A stretch of 61,834 bases of DNA, the filler included, from Rhabdomonas costata (taxonomy: Eukaryota): NCBI GenBank assembly GCA_019059605.1. It is 10 parts of 10 records of this genome, joined end to end, with 100 filler letters (N's around TTAATTAATTAA, not from the genome) between each part and the next. Parts side by side here need not be neighbours in the genome. Positions count along the whole stretch, not along the records: positions 18,267 to 24,170 come from JAHMHO010000031.1; positions 24,271 to 30,130 come from JAHMHO010000032.1; positions 30,231 to 36,085 come from JAHMHO010000033.1; positions 36,186 to 42,980 come from JAHMHO010000034.1; 6 more parts are not named here. One strand, 5' to 3'. Of the stretch, positions 23,135-36,216 are shown in pieces. The notes under the pieces were generated by a model. That model was not told the DNA's origin. It saw nothing but the letters and a program-made list of their open reading frames with translations, and made no database searches. Position 1 is the stretch's first letter; every line of letters begins with the position of its first letter. The position numbers were made by a program, and so were the translations under genes.

Positions 23135-26100
23135 CTCGCTTCACTCAGACACGAAGCAGGCGTCGTCCTGCCTCGCGGTTTAAGTGGAAGGAATCTGTGG
23201 TGAGGTTTTTTGTCTTCGACCCAACCACTGCCCGTTTGATTGGGATGAGTATCGGCACAGCCGGTTCTGAGAGTTTTGGTGTCACGGAATTAACAATCAG
23301 AAAGAGGTTTGGGGAAGCTAAAAGGAAGGAAATCGAAATGGCTCTATACTCGAAAGCAAATTGCTCTGATGGCCATCAACACCACCCCCTTCCCTCCCCT
23401 TTTTTTTTGGGGGGGGGGGGCGGAGGAAAATTGCAGCTGGCATCGCGTCAAAAAGCAGCGTCAAGATTTGGACAAATAGCTATCCAGAGCCGTTCATAAA
23501 GCATTTTTTTGAGCGGTACCAGTGTTATCTGCAGTGGGAAGCAATTGGGAGCAGAAGGGAGCAGCGCAGTGTCTATCTATAAAAAAGTCTGCACACAGGC
23601 GCAACTGGGATCCGATAAAGACAGACATGACAAGGGAAGGGAGGGGACAGGAGGGGAAGGGATGGGATTATCGATTCCTTAGTTTTCCACCCGAAGGCAG
23701 TGCTCCCTTGCCTTCCTCTTCCAAAGGGCACCAAAAAACCACTACTGCCACCGTGCACAAATGTACACGTAGAGAAGCTCACGATGCGAGGAGATGCGTG
23801 CATCGAGCACAGCACCCATCACAAACAACAAAACCCAACGGGGCAGACGGAACAGGGGCAGCGTTGCATGTTCCGGCTGCAACCAGGACGCGGTTGGAAT
23901 GTAGATTCCCACCCACGCACACACACTCGCCCACCTTTTTGTCCCCTCTGCTCCCCGAGAAAGGAACTCCAGCACATCAGAAGAGCAGAAGGTGGAGGAG
24001 CTCAGGCTCCCCGCGTCGCGAAAAGGAGAAAGCCCCACAAGGTGCGGAACCCAAAACACGGAGAAAGAGACGTGACGCCCAGTGCCAACCGCGCGCAGAA
24101 ACCTGCGCCGCTCTCGGTCAGCTCCGCTTCCACACCCGGAAAAACAAGCACAAAAAAAAAAATAAAAATANNNNNNNNNNNNNNNNNNNNNNNNNNNNNN
24201 NNNNNNNNNNNNNNTTAATTAATTAANNNNNNNNNNNNNNNNNNNNNNNNNNNNNNNNNNNNNNNNNNNNTTGTTGAGAGGATGGGGTGAGGGCTCTTGT
24301 TTGCTGTGTTTTTGTTGCAACGTTATGTAGTAGATAAGTGTGGGTTTGGTAGAAAGGACCTTCGAAAGACCCTGTGTGTAAGGTGCCAAATGACAGGCGA
24401 TTAAAATCACTCAGGTGTATTTCACGGCACGGCGAAAGCCGTACTTAGTCATAGCCATGGCACCCCAGGTGACTGCATTCTAAGCCTCATTTTGAGTCTG
24501 CCTTTGGTTTTGTTGGTTTTTATTCGGCTTTTTCTTTCGGCATTCTTTTGGCATACAGATGTCACACCATTTTGGGACTCTGTTTACACTGTTTCCGCCC
24601 CTGTCCCGCTGTGAGGAGCGGAAAGGAGGATGGGTTAGAATGGGGATAGAAATGGAACAGAATGGGAGTGGGAATGTTGATGAGACTCGGGATGGGTTGG
24701 AATGGAGGATAGGTTATGATTTTGAGGCTTGTTTTGAGGTGTCCTCCTGCTGCAGCATAGAGCCGAGCCACCCAGCCCACCCACCCTTCTGTGTGTTGGC
24801 TTCTGTGGGTTTTGAAGGCTTTCCCTTCTCTGTGGGTTTTTCGCGGTTGTTTCATTTACTGTGGAGTGTGAGTGTGTTCCTTTTTCTGGACTCTGTGGAA
24901 CCTCCCTGCCTCCGTCCCTCCCTTCTGTTCTCTTTTGCGCACGCGTGTAGTTGTACTTAACCAATAGTTGAGGCATTGCCATCTCCGGATTCTGGATAAG
25001 GTTGTTACCCCTCCCCATCCATTTCCGTGCCGGCCGGACTGCGAAGGTAGCAAACCATGGGATTGTTTGGGCTTAAGAGGAAAGGGGGGGGCCTCCGAGC
25101 TTGGGCCAGATGCAGGGCAAAAGACACCATGAGATGGCCGGAGCGGGGGCCGGGAAATGGGGTCGACCAGCCAGAAGCCCACTCGCCCATTGCCCTGAAC
25201 CCCTACACTGAATTGTACGATATCCCTTTGCTGCCCTTGCTGCCTTCTCTCTCTCTCTCTCTCTCTCTCTCGTCATTCGCCGTGGTTTTCTTTTTACCCA
25301 ACCTCCCAGGTCTAACTCTACTTAAATCGCCCTTTTCTGTCTTTCCTTCTCCGGATACTCTCGTGCCTTTGTGTTGTGGTGAGAACTTGCGGACAGAATT
25401 CGTAGTCCATTCGTGCCTTGTGCGTTGTTATGGCTCCCTGGTTTGGGGTCCGGGATTGCGGCATCACCCAACAAGTAGCAAGGCTCCCTCACTCACACCT
25501 CGTGCCTCGCCCAAACGCAATACCCGTTGCACCGTTGCGGTGTGCCTGCTGCACCTCTCCCTTCTCGTGGCAAAGTCACCTGAACTCCCCCCCTAAAAAA
25601 ATCAGGGACGCCAGTCATCTCGAGGCCAGTGTCGATTGTTTCGGACGGAGCCCCTGCCAATTTTTAAACGAATTTTTTGAGAGCAAAAAACTAAAACTCT
25701 CAAACTTATGTTTCACTATACTAATCCTTAACAAAGAACCCGCCAATGGAGAAAGGACCAGTCCCGAGCGTTTTCGGCAGGCCGTCTGTATTTTGAAAAG
25801 ACCTTCAGCTCTTCAGTTCTTCAGCTCTGTTGTTGACAGCTCATTGCAATAATTGCAGCAACGCAAAACAGTACTAATTGATAATCAGCTTTTCTCCCCA
25901 CCTTCTTTCAAGGCCCCCCAAGCCTAACCAGTTTTTGCACGAAATGCGAAGCTGGGGGGATCGGGGGGCTCGATGCTCCCGGGTCACTTGCACAGGGCTT
26001 AATTTTCCAGTTTCCGTTTTTATATTCTGTGCTTATACTTCGAACGCCAAGGTGTTTGAGTTTGGGTTGTTTTAATCGGGAGGGGGGGATATGGAAATTT

Positions 26101-26203
26101 ATTATGTTAACTATACCCTTCTCTCAGAGCCTGTGTGTGTTTGTGAGTGGTTCAGGTGTGGTTGAGCTGGTGGGTGACGTGAGGTGTGGGGGGGTGGCTC
26201 CAG

Positions 26204-28127
26204 GATGTCCCCAATGAGCACATCGCGGCGATGGTTATCAAAGGCTTGCACGGCCAGGTGGGGGAGAACAAGCGTGAGATCCGTGCCGAGCTCTTCGCAC
26301 CCCCTGAGGACCCTCAGCAGCTCGATGGGGCACCCTTGCGAGGAGGGGCCTACCCGTCCTCCTCTTCCTACGGAGGTTCCTTCGACTCACACATACACAC
26401 AAGTTATGTCCTTAACACAAGCAGACACACGCACACACACAACACCAGCCAGAAAACTTCAGACGCGGCTGTTAGCTTAACGGGTGTACGAAGGCAGCTG
26501 TCTTGCCTAATGATGCTCAGGATTGCCTTCCGTACGTTGAGAACTAGGTTGGCAGCGGCACAGTAATAGAGCTCACCTAATGAGCTTTTGGCAGAGTAGG
26601 TGTGTTCACTCCCGTGCAATTCTCTGTCGGCCTCTTTTTGTCTCCTCTCCGCAGATGGTCAGCCAGGCTACGGAAGCCAGACACAGGTGCAGCACACCTC
26701 CCCATGTCCCTTTGTGAGCCAAAACGAACTTTATTTGCTGTCTTTCACACTTTCACACCTTTTCCGCTCTTTTTATTTGTTCTGCTAGGGCCGTCACTCC
26801 TCGCCAAGCCGCGACTTTGGCAGCGGGAGCAGATCAGGACATGGTGCTTGCTAATTGAAAACAGCGTTGGAAAGGGGGGTTCATCAAACCTCATAGGATG
26901 GAGCCCCTAGTGGGGTGCCGTGGTTGGCCCTTCCCGAGCGCTCGATGAACGCCGGGGTAGCGCGGGCCCTCTTGAGGGGCGGTATGCCATCCAGATCCCC
27001 CGAGTGGGGGCGCTTCTGGCAGTATACGACCTCCCCAATAAGCATTAGGCCGTCATCTTCAAGACGTCACAAAAACGGTTTATAAACCGCTGGGGATGCG
27101 GAAACATAATTAGAGCCTGCTCTCCCCGCTTTCCCGAGATGTCACAATACAGGCCTAACTTCGACGCAACATTTGGGTTTTGGGTTTTGAGTTCTCTGAA
27201 GCTGACGGCCACCTTCAGAAGAACGTAAAAAATTACTCAGCATTGAGCTCCGCAAGCTTGCAAAGGTGGCTAACAGTTCGAAAACGTTCCTCTGCTTCTC
27301 CTGAGCTGGTAGCGTTTTTTATACAAAAGGGTGACTTCACCAAGGGCACCCAGCATGTCGGTCAGGCATCGGGCCACCACAACCAAACGAGGTTCTCGTC
27401 TCAATTAACCATTGTATTTGCTTTGAAGAAGGGGACGGGGGGGGGGAGTATTGGCGATTAATCCAACTTCTTGGTCGTCTTTCGTCTTTTCGTGTTTTAT
27501 GGTGGTGGTGGGAACATAGGCCATGTCTTTGGGTTTGAGATACCGAGGAACATCGATTCAGGGGCGGGGGAGGCTCTCGCCCTGCTCAGCTATCCCGGTC
27601 ACTTAAAAATAAACAAAAGCAATTTGGCCCCCCTCCTGCGCCAAAATGCAGTACTCGCGGGCTCTTTTCTTCGGTAAACAGCCCTGGCCTCCGTGAAAAG
27701 TTAAAAAGCAAAAAGGGAGAAGGAGAAAAAAGCTGGAAAGAAGTTGAAGCAATAATTAAACGCATGCCGGCCCAACAACAGACAGTCCGCTGGAACAACC
27801 CCCTTGGCAAGGAGGGAGCAGGGATGACAGTGTCCTCACTCAGGTCTCTGGTACGCATGCGGGGGGACCGCCAAGGCGCAAGAGGGGTTCAACGGCTGCG
27901 CAAGCGTGGGCATGACGGAACCAGCAAGACACCAAGCATTGCGGGAGGGATTCCGCCAGGCGCAGCCGGTGTGGGGCGGGGTGCCTTTCTTGTTTGACTT
28001 CCCCACCACAGCAGCACCCGAAGCCAACGGCACCACATATCGCTCCTCGAACCTCCCGCGGGAGCCCGGCGGCGTTGGCAATACTTTGGTTAAACCTCAG
28101 CCGGCTGAGCGAGGCGCAGTTCTGTGA
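26204..28127 (+). CDS. Probable RRM-containing protein, 3' part. Exons 26204-26375, 26655-26686, 26789-26843, 27844-28127
   Basis: Phase-consistent GT-AG chain. DVPNEHIAAMVIKGLHGQVGENKREIRAELF resembles RRM helix 2/beta 4, followed by a G/S/P-rich tail. Confidence 0.45.
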
Positions 28128-28449
28128 ACACAAATCCCGCGTTTCATCAAGAACAATGAAGCGATACTATTATTAGTAACGAACAAACAACGGATTTCGG
28201 CACATATGCGCGCAATGAGTCTTCGTGAGCACAGCACGTGAACCCGAGCATTGCTCAGATTGTTCAGTGTCCTTTGAATTGAATTCTGAGTGTGTCTGTG
28301 GCGCCCAGAAACATTTTTCAGGATTTCTTTCTTTCAGGGACTCAGGTAAGCCCAAAGCACAACAAAACAGCTCCTCCACTTTTTTACACACGTACGTCCG
28401 TACTACACGTACTTTTACACACGTACGCACACGTACGTATAGACCAGCG

Positions 28450-30130
28450 TTAGAATAACCACGAATATCCACGAATAACCAGACGCATACGTTGGGTGTC
28501 TTCGAAGAGGTTCGGGTCAAGAGGGGAAGGTGAAGCTGATCCGAACAACAAAGGGGTGTTGAAGAACTCCAGGCTTACGTTCATCTGCCTCCGCCCTGCA
28601 GTGAAGTCAAAGGGAACACGGGCCTCCCGATAGCAGCTGAGGTCACCCGGGCGGAACCCGACGGGGTCCTCCACAAAGCCTAGAATGCAGAGCGGAGGGC
28701 AGAAGTCCGAATCGATAGAGTTCAGAGGGGCGGAGTGAGCGGAGTACGGAAACTCCGCGAGGGTCCAATTGGGGTGCGTTTGGTGCAGTGCCAGCACCCC
28801 TTCCATCGGGGAGGCCACGTCCCAGTCTCCGCTCACCAAAAGCACCGGATACTGCACCACAGGGTGCTTGTGGAAATACTCATCTTTCGGAAAAATGGGA
28901 AACCCCCTTTCCTTGAGCTTCTGTGCTCCCTCCGTAGTGTATTGCAGAATGAGCGCCCGATCCAGGATCGCCTCGATCTGCCGTGAGGATGGCTCTGGCC
29001 CCGCCGCAGGATTCCACCAGAGCTCAGACAAGAGAGCCATGTAAAAATAGATATCATTGGAACGGGTGTTGTACTGGGGGTTGAACTGGGCGGGAGGAAA
29101 CGAGTTCTCGGGAGTCCAATTCGGATCATCCACACCATTGACATCGACAAGGAAGAAGCGCAAGGCCCGGACATCCTCACTATCGCAGCGAGAGAGGCGA
29201 TACAGCACAGCAGGAATGACGGTACGTCTGTAAATATCAGAGTTAGCGCGATGCAGAGCAACCTGCAGCCTCTTGACCCCTTGTGGCCCGGAAAGGTAAG
29301 GGAAGTTCTCCAAAACACAACGGTGCTTCCTAGCTTTGATTTTAAGAATCACAGACTGCAGCGCATGGCGGGTGAGGGCTCCACCCCACAACCTGCTGCA
29401 GAACCCATTGAGATCTCGGTCGCAGCTGTCGAGGAATCGCAGGTGCGCCAAGTTTTCTATCTTGTCGAAGTATGCCATTGCGATAAGGACTGGATTCAAG
29501 GCAGAAGACAGGACTACCCCAGCAAAAGCATCCGGGCCAGCGATCTGCATCGTCCGCTGTGCCCAATACGTGCCAAAGCTCTCGCCATACAAGAAAACCT
29601 TAGCTGAGGGAAGGGCAAGGTCGCTTACCAACTTCAGCACATCACGGGCGGCATTGGTAATGGAGAAGTGCTTGAGGTCTGATCGAGCTTTCAGCATTGC
29701 GATGCAGGCGTCGTCTGGGTAGGACACGCTCCCATTGCAATTTATCTCAGAACTTGTGCCTACGCCACGATAGTCAGGTACGATAATTTCAACGTCCGTT
29801 CCGTCAAAAAGCGTGAAAACAGCAGGTGCCGACGCTGTTCCGGCTTCTCCCGGGCCACCAGCAAGAAAGACAACTTGGGCCTTCACGTCCCGGCGAGCGA
29901 GGAGCCTCCGGCGAGCGACCAGCGCAAAGAGATTGATGAGAGAGCTCTTGGGAGCTGAATAATCCAGAGGTAAGGGGAGGTTGAAGCAGTCAATGGTGTA
30001 TGTCGCGGTTGTCAATGCATGAGAAGAAAAAGCTGCCTGAGTATGTATGCGTAGTTTTCACGGATATGTGGGTTTTCTCCCACACCGTCCCGCTGGCATC
30101 CTCGACACAGTCCACGACCCGCTCGTAGAA
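28450..30130 (-). CDS. Alpha/beta hydrolase, peptidase S33/TAP-like. Exons 30130-30086 (partial) and 30036-28450
   Basis: FLAGGPG, PDYRGVGTS, nucleophile YGESFGT, acid SGDWDVAS and His YSAHS form a complete Ser-Asp-His triad. One 49-nt GT-AG intron at 30085-30037. Confidence 0.9.
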
Positions 30131-31663
30131 NNNNNNNNNNNNNNNNNNNNNNNNNNNNNNNNNNNNNNNNNNNNTTAATTAATTAANNNNNNNNNNNNNN
30201 NNNNNNNNNNNNNNNNNNNNNNNNNNNNNNCCTCTCCAAATCTCCCTGCAAACAAGTGCAGTGTCAGCCCCCTACCTGCTAGTGAGCGAGCCCTCTACCC
30301 CTTTGAGCTTTGTGCGCTGTGTTCGGGGCACAGGGTTTACTTGAATGTTTTTGTCATTCCTTCCTACGCCGCTTTCACTGTTTGATCCCATTTTTTGTAG
30401 TGCTTCCGTCCTGTAACACGGGTGCATCCCAGAATCTGCTCTCAGGTTTCCATTCCTTGGTGGCCTGCCGTGATTGCACGTGCTGCTTTGCACGTGATGC
30501 TTCCCTGTCCCACACCCTTTACTGGCTGTGGTATACCATGGTTCTCTCTCAGCATATTCCTGCCTGGGGTACGTGTCAGCTCAACGCTGCGGGTTGGGCG
30601 TAAGGAGGATGGCACTCTCCAGGCGGCGGTTGTGCGTAGGAATAATGTCATCCTTATTGTCGTGGTAGAGCTTTTGCGTTTTCCTCTCTAGTGTCCCGCG
30701 AATAACACCGATTGGTTTGCGAATTGGGCATGGGAAGGGAAGGGCTGCTCGGATGTGGCTTGTGGCTTCGTCTGGCCTTCGGCGGTTGATTTGGGAAGGT
30801 ATATGGTTTTGTACAGGATGCTTTTAGACTTCTTCTGTTGTGCCGTTTAGATTGTGTGCGGGTTGCATATGGTATACAACACACTTGTGGGTGTGCTTTG
30901 GAGGTTAGCTGGTGCCATGCCCGTGGTGTGGCTTCGGGACCTCCTGACGTACACGTGTTAATCACTTTATCGTGTCTGCTGACATGTTTTCCCCCACCAC
31001 CCCCGACCTCCTGCATTAACCTCGCAGGTTGTGCCCACCTTCCAAGGTTTCTGTGTGTGTGTGTATCTTCTACCAAGCAGCGAGTCCCAAGAGCAGCAGT
31101 CCTAAGAACAACTCTTGATGAGTAAAGTGCTGTTGGATGCGTCTTGCTGCGACCCATGTCTTTGTTGGGTTGCGCAGATTTTTGCCCGCCTTCGAAAGCT
31201 TCCGGTCTTTTCAGTCTTTCGAGACTGGCGCTCTACGGGTCCTGTTTGCACTGTGTTTTACTTGTGGTTTGATGGACATCTGCCTTGCTGGCGTTTGGGT
31301 GGGAGTGAGGGGGACGGGGTACAAAGATCTGAGGCATCCACCAACAGCGAAGAAAGAAAGGGGACTTGTACGTATATTTCCCGCTCGAGAATGACAGTGC
31401 TTTGGCGCTGCGGCTGCGACCATGATGGCGGCAGTTCCAGCTAAGGACCGTGCCACCGTGTCATTCAGCGCTGCGTTGGAAGCAAGCTTAGCCCATCTTC
31501 ATTCGCTCTTTCTCGTCGGTGGCGTGTGAAGGTGCTGGCGAACAGAACAGACTTGCCTATCAACAAACCCCCATTCGTTCTTTTCAAGCAGTGTTTTTCT
31601 CAGTGTCGCTCTTTTTTCTTGCTCCACTTTATTGAACCCTGTGAAACTGAGTCTGCTGGAGAA

Positions 31664-34600
31664 ATGGCGAAGGCCCACCTTGACAGGTCAGCCTTAAAAA
31701 GAAACGTGTTTCTCGCGGTGGTGGTCATGGCGGCACTGCTATTTCTCAAGGAAAACATGCCGTTCTTCGCGCGCTTTCCTCCTCAGCACGAACCAAAAAT
31801 AGGTACTCCACTCATTATGCTATGCTTCATGCGCGTCTACTTCGCTTCTATCCACTCAGTGTCATCGGGCTTCAGCCAATGAAGGGGTTTTGAATATATT
31901 TTCATTCTGCTAACGATGAGAATGGCGTCGGTGTTTTTATTTTCGAGCGAAACGGCGGAGGGGTGCCACAGTGGTGTTTCTTAGATGTGGTGGTCAAGGC
32001 TCCACAAAGCATTCTGTTCTGTTGTTGAATACTCATTTCAGTGATCGATTTTCAGTGATCGATTTTCAGTGATCGATACTGCAGCAAGTACCATGCAAGA
32101 GCAGCAAACGAATAAACATGGGAGCAGAGAGACACACTTTCCCGAAGAAAGGGTGGGGGGAGATTAGCTGATGACAATCGGCTCCAGGCTGCGCCTGGAT
32201 TTTCCCGGAGGTTTGGAAGGCCTGCATCCACGTCGGTGGCAATGGGTTGGGAGGATGGTGCTCCGCGTCGGCGGTCTTCCTGCCCCAAAACCCGCGGAGA
32301 TTGAGCAGGGCACCCTAACTGCCGGTGGAGTATCGTTACTCATTCTTACGGGCTCGCAGTCTCACGGGCCTCGATCGTCGAACCCTTCCTCCCCCAAATA
32401 AGAGAGTGACAACGCATGAGGGGCGAAGATGTGTTAGATTTCAGGCCACGCCTGGATTTTTCCCCATGGCCTGCACCCACCTATTAAGAAGCTCCGAAGC
32501 TGGGCGTCGGCCGACTTTCTGCCCCCAAACCCAGGGAGATAGGGTTGTTGGGTAGTAGGGCTGGCCCTACCTTCAAGTTGCTTTTTTTTTTGCTCCCGCA
32601 GGCCACCATCGCGCAGAAACAGCGCCGGAGAGGAGAGAGAAGGGGTTAAGGGAGTATTCTCGAACAAAAATTTGACGATGTGATTTTATCCAACGTCCAT
32701 ACCATTCACGCCCTCACCCCTCACTGTGCTGTTTTTAAACGAAAAATGGAACTCTCTGTGACTGCGTATCGGACATTCTTTTATCGTATAATATTCCTTT
32801 GTTTATAAATGTGTGTGCAAAACGGGCCAAGAAGGACAACTGAGTGTTGAAGGGTTGGCGAAGGGAAGGGAACGCTCACAGAACTCCCAGCCCTGACCTG
32901 CACCACGATGAGGTCCTGTCGCAGCAGCACCATTCTCCGCTTGGACGCTGCCCTGAAGCATTGCATGGCGAGCCCGTGCACACAAGAGGAGTGCTGCGTG
33001 CCAGGTTCGTTCGATGTGGGCTGCAAACACAGGATGTGCAATGGGAGGGTGAGGGGTTCGAAAGTCGAATACCCTTTTCGAATACCCTTTGCGCTTCACA
33101 CTGCTTGTAGCGCATGTGCCGGCACAACCACGCCGATATTTGGTGAACCCCAAAACAATTGAGCCTGCAATAGAAATGCTTTCCACCACTTTGCCTACAG
33201 TTGTCAAAGAAACAGAGGTGGTAAGGGTTATTCTATGGAAGGGAGGCTGTGGGGTTTGTGGGCTCTTCCCAGCACCAAGTTGCGACACGAGGCCTGACTC
33301 ATGGTGCCCGCCTGGCACCGTTAATATTGCGGATCCGACGTACGTGTATTGCAAGACGAGCGTGTGCACGCCGAAGGATTGCTGCATCCCCGGTGTTTGT
33401 GAGCAGATGGGGGCTGCCTCCTCTTCTCATTTCTCGTTAGGATTTGCCGGTAGCCAGGCTCCCTCGTCTTTGGGACCGCAGCCTGGCCCCAGCTTTTAGT
33501 TTTGTCCTTTTTCTACAAGGCACTTGATTGGGCCCTCATTGTAGTTCACGAGTGGGGCTGCATTTTTCCCTTTAGAGCATTGCTGTGGATGGTCATGCTC
33601 GTGGTGTGATACTGCTTTGTTGCATTTTTCTTGCGTACCTCTTCAGCTCTGACCTGCGCCACGGTGACCTGCCCGAAGAATCACTTGCTGCCCTCCAGTC
33701 CCTCCTCCACCTCATGCCGCCGGGCAGCGTGCACCACAGCGGAGTGCTGCGTTCCAGGTATGCAGCAAATTCCGCAAAGCCTTCAGAGGTTGGGAATCGT
33801 GACGGTGACGGGAATCGGAAATGGTGGGTGGGGCCGTGCTTTAGCGAAGCCCCCAGTACCCTTTTGTGTGCGACTTTCCGCATTTGCGTATATTCAGGCG
33901 CTTCCAGATTTTGAGCTCCCATTGAACATATGCGGTAGTCCACGCCTGAGGCTGGAGGCTCGGTTTTCATCCTCCCCGTTCGTTGGGCACGGGTGCAGTC
34001 GCACCGCGATTTGTTTGTGGTTGTCCGAAGCGAAACCAGTGCTGGCACATTTTGCGGCAGGGTTGCAGGGGTTAATTGTGTTGTTCTATGGTGCCGTTGC
34101 GATTTGAGTTATTTTGAGCAAAAAGAGATACACGCGCCCTGGAGGATCACTTTGACGGACGCGCTGGCACTGGGAGGAGCCGTCATGACCCTCATGGGAC
34201 GCGACCTGTTCGAGGGGGCCGTTTTGCCCCTATTGCAAGTCGGACCGTTGCTTGTTGACCATGAACATTTTCCGGCTCAGTCAACTCAGACTAAGAACTG
34301 ACCGCATACACGGGGCGAAGAAATACAAAAAAAAACACAAACCGGCGTAACTGCAACAAAGCGAAAACCTCATCATGTTGGGTTCGGTTTGGGCTGTGCA
34401 GGCAGCCATGCAGCAAGCCTTGAAAGAGAAAGAAACATGAGCGTAGCTTCAGAGTCGATTCCACCCTGGCTTCGGGCGAGTGGGTGTGGACTCTTCCCAG
34501 CGTCCACCTGCGAGACGATGTCTGCGGGCTCGTGCCCTTTGGGCACCGTGTCCGTGGCCGATCCGTCTTCCACGTACTGCAAGGCCAGCGTTTGCAGTGC

Positions 34601-35591
34601 GAAGGATTGCTGCAGCCCCGGTATTTTTGAGAGCGACACAGTGTTTAGTGTTTGTATGTGTGCCCTTGCTCCTGTCACGCCACTGCCCTCTGCTTTTCCT
34701 GAATGGGCTCGGCTTGTGAGCATTCTCAGCGGTTGTTGTGTGCCGCTTCGACGTAGTACATGTATATGGTAGAAAGTTGAAAAAGGAATCGTTTCTGGAC
34801 GCTTTTGTGCGTCTCGCTGGTCTTCCCTTTTTTTCGGTCGTTGTTTTGGGTCTTGTGTTTGGGCTAAAGCTTCGTCCTGCGCCACGTTGATCTCCTGCCC
34901 GAAATACAAGATGCTGCTCCTCAACCCCAGCGTGGCGTACTGCCGGGCGTTTGTGTGCACCCCTGAGGAGTGCTGCGTTCCATGTATGCGTGGAAGCAGG
35001 GAGCTGGGCTGGGTGCTGCAACCAGATCCCATGGAGATTCCCATTGCTCTCGTTGATTAAGGGAATGGGTGCGTCAGAGTTAGTCAGGACTAAAATTCAA
35101 AGTTAACTAACAGGCAAATATAAAAGAGTTTACAGATACTTTGGCAAGGTGCAGTATTTTTCCCTGTACGTTTCGGAGATGTAGAGATCACTTCTGTTGA
35201 ATCAATTAACCTGCTCTCCTGCCCTTGGGGTTCTCGGCCATTGTGTTTTCGCCCAACGTGCTTGGTTACATTTTGGGGGTTTTGTCCCGAAGCCTTTTTC
35301 GCCCCACAACGTACCTTTTATACTCCGCACTTTATTTATCAGGGTTTTTGGTTACCTGAACTGCGATGCGTTCAGTGCAATGGATGCCTTTGTGTCGAAT
35401 AGAGGTTGAGATTGTCAGAAAAGGATTATGCATCGCGCTTTTGGCATCACTTTCGATTTGGCCGCTATGGTCGGTTTTAGTGCCGACCTGTTCCACGATG
35501 AGCTGCCCCGAGAAGAGCGTGCTCCGTTTGAACCCGTCCTCCATCGTTTGCAGCACCAAAGAGTGCACTCCACAGGAGTGCTGCATCCCAG
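31664..35591 (+). CDS. Signal-anchored protein with tandem 6-Cys modules, one per exon. Exons 31664-31802, 32891-33004, 33273-33392, 33647-33757, 34501-34620, 34870-34983, 35481-35591 (3' end missing)
   Basis: Exon 1 reads MAKAHLDRSALKRNVFLAVVVMAALLFLKEN... (basic then hydrophobic) and ends in phase 1. Six AG/GT-bounded exons of 111-120 nt, all phase 1-1, each encode (T/S)C-x4-7-C-x14-C-x4-C-x4-CC-x-P. Confidence 0.85.
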
Positions 35592-36216
35592 GTGTCTGCA
35601 GGGAAACGAATAGAATAAGAAAATCCCGAAGAAAAATAAAGCGGAAGAGATACAAGAATGATCTCCCTCTGCAGTTTTGAATGGTGTCGATGCGCTATCC
35701 AAGAGGGAGGTTTAGTTGGCTGTTGGCACCAAAGGAAGGGCTTGCTCGGCCATGATTCTGAAGTATGGGATGCTGCTGGATACACTGCAGTGTGCCGCTT
35801 AAAAATACGAAAAGAATTACGAAAAGAAATGCGAAAGAAAAGTTAGGAAAGGTTTTCAGCGGTCGATTTGTGCGAAAAGATTGGCTACCCTGTCAACTGA
35901 CGGCGCATTGTTTTCAGTCCCTGTTTGGGTCAGAGCGAAGGAAAAAACGCTCTTGACACGTAGGCATTTTCTGATTTTTTGCATCTGATAAAGGCGACTT
36001 TTTCTTTCCTTCTTCAAGCCCCATTTCCAGCGCGCAGTGTCAACAAACCACATGTGCTCGGTACCCAAGTGCTATAACACAAACCNNNNNNNNNNNNNNN
36101 NNNNNNNNNNNNNNNNNNNNNNNNNNNNNTTAATTAATTAANNNNNNNNNNNNNNNNNNNNNNNNNNNNNNNNNNNNNNNNNNNNGGGTTTGTGTTGTTG
36201 AATGCTCGCGCATGCC

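Noticed and set aside
30605-30691. Peptide AVVRRNNVILIVVVE resembling the Sm2 motif (IRGNNV)
   Set aside because: The invariant Gly is missing and no Sm1 exon was found upstream.
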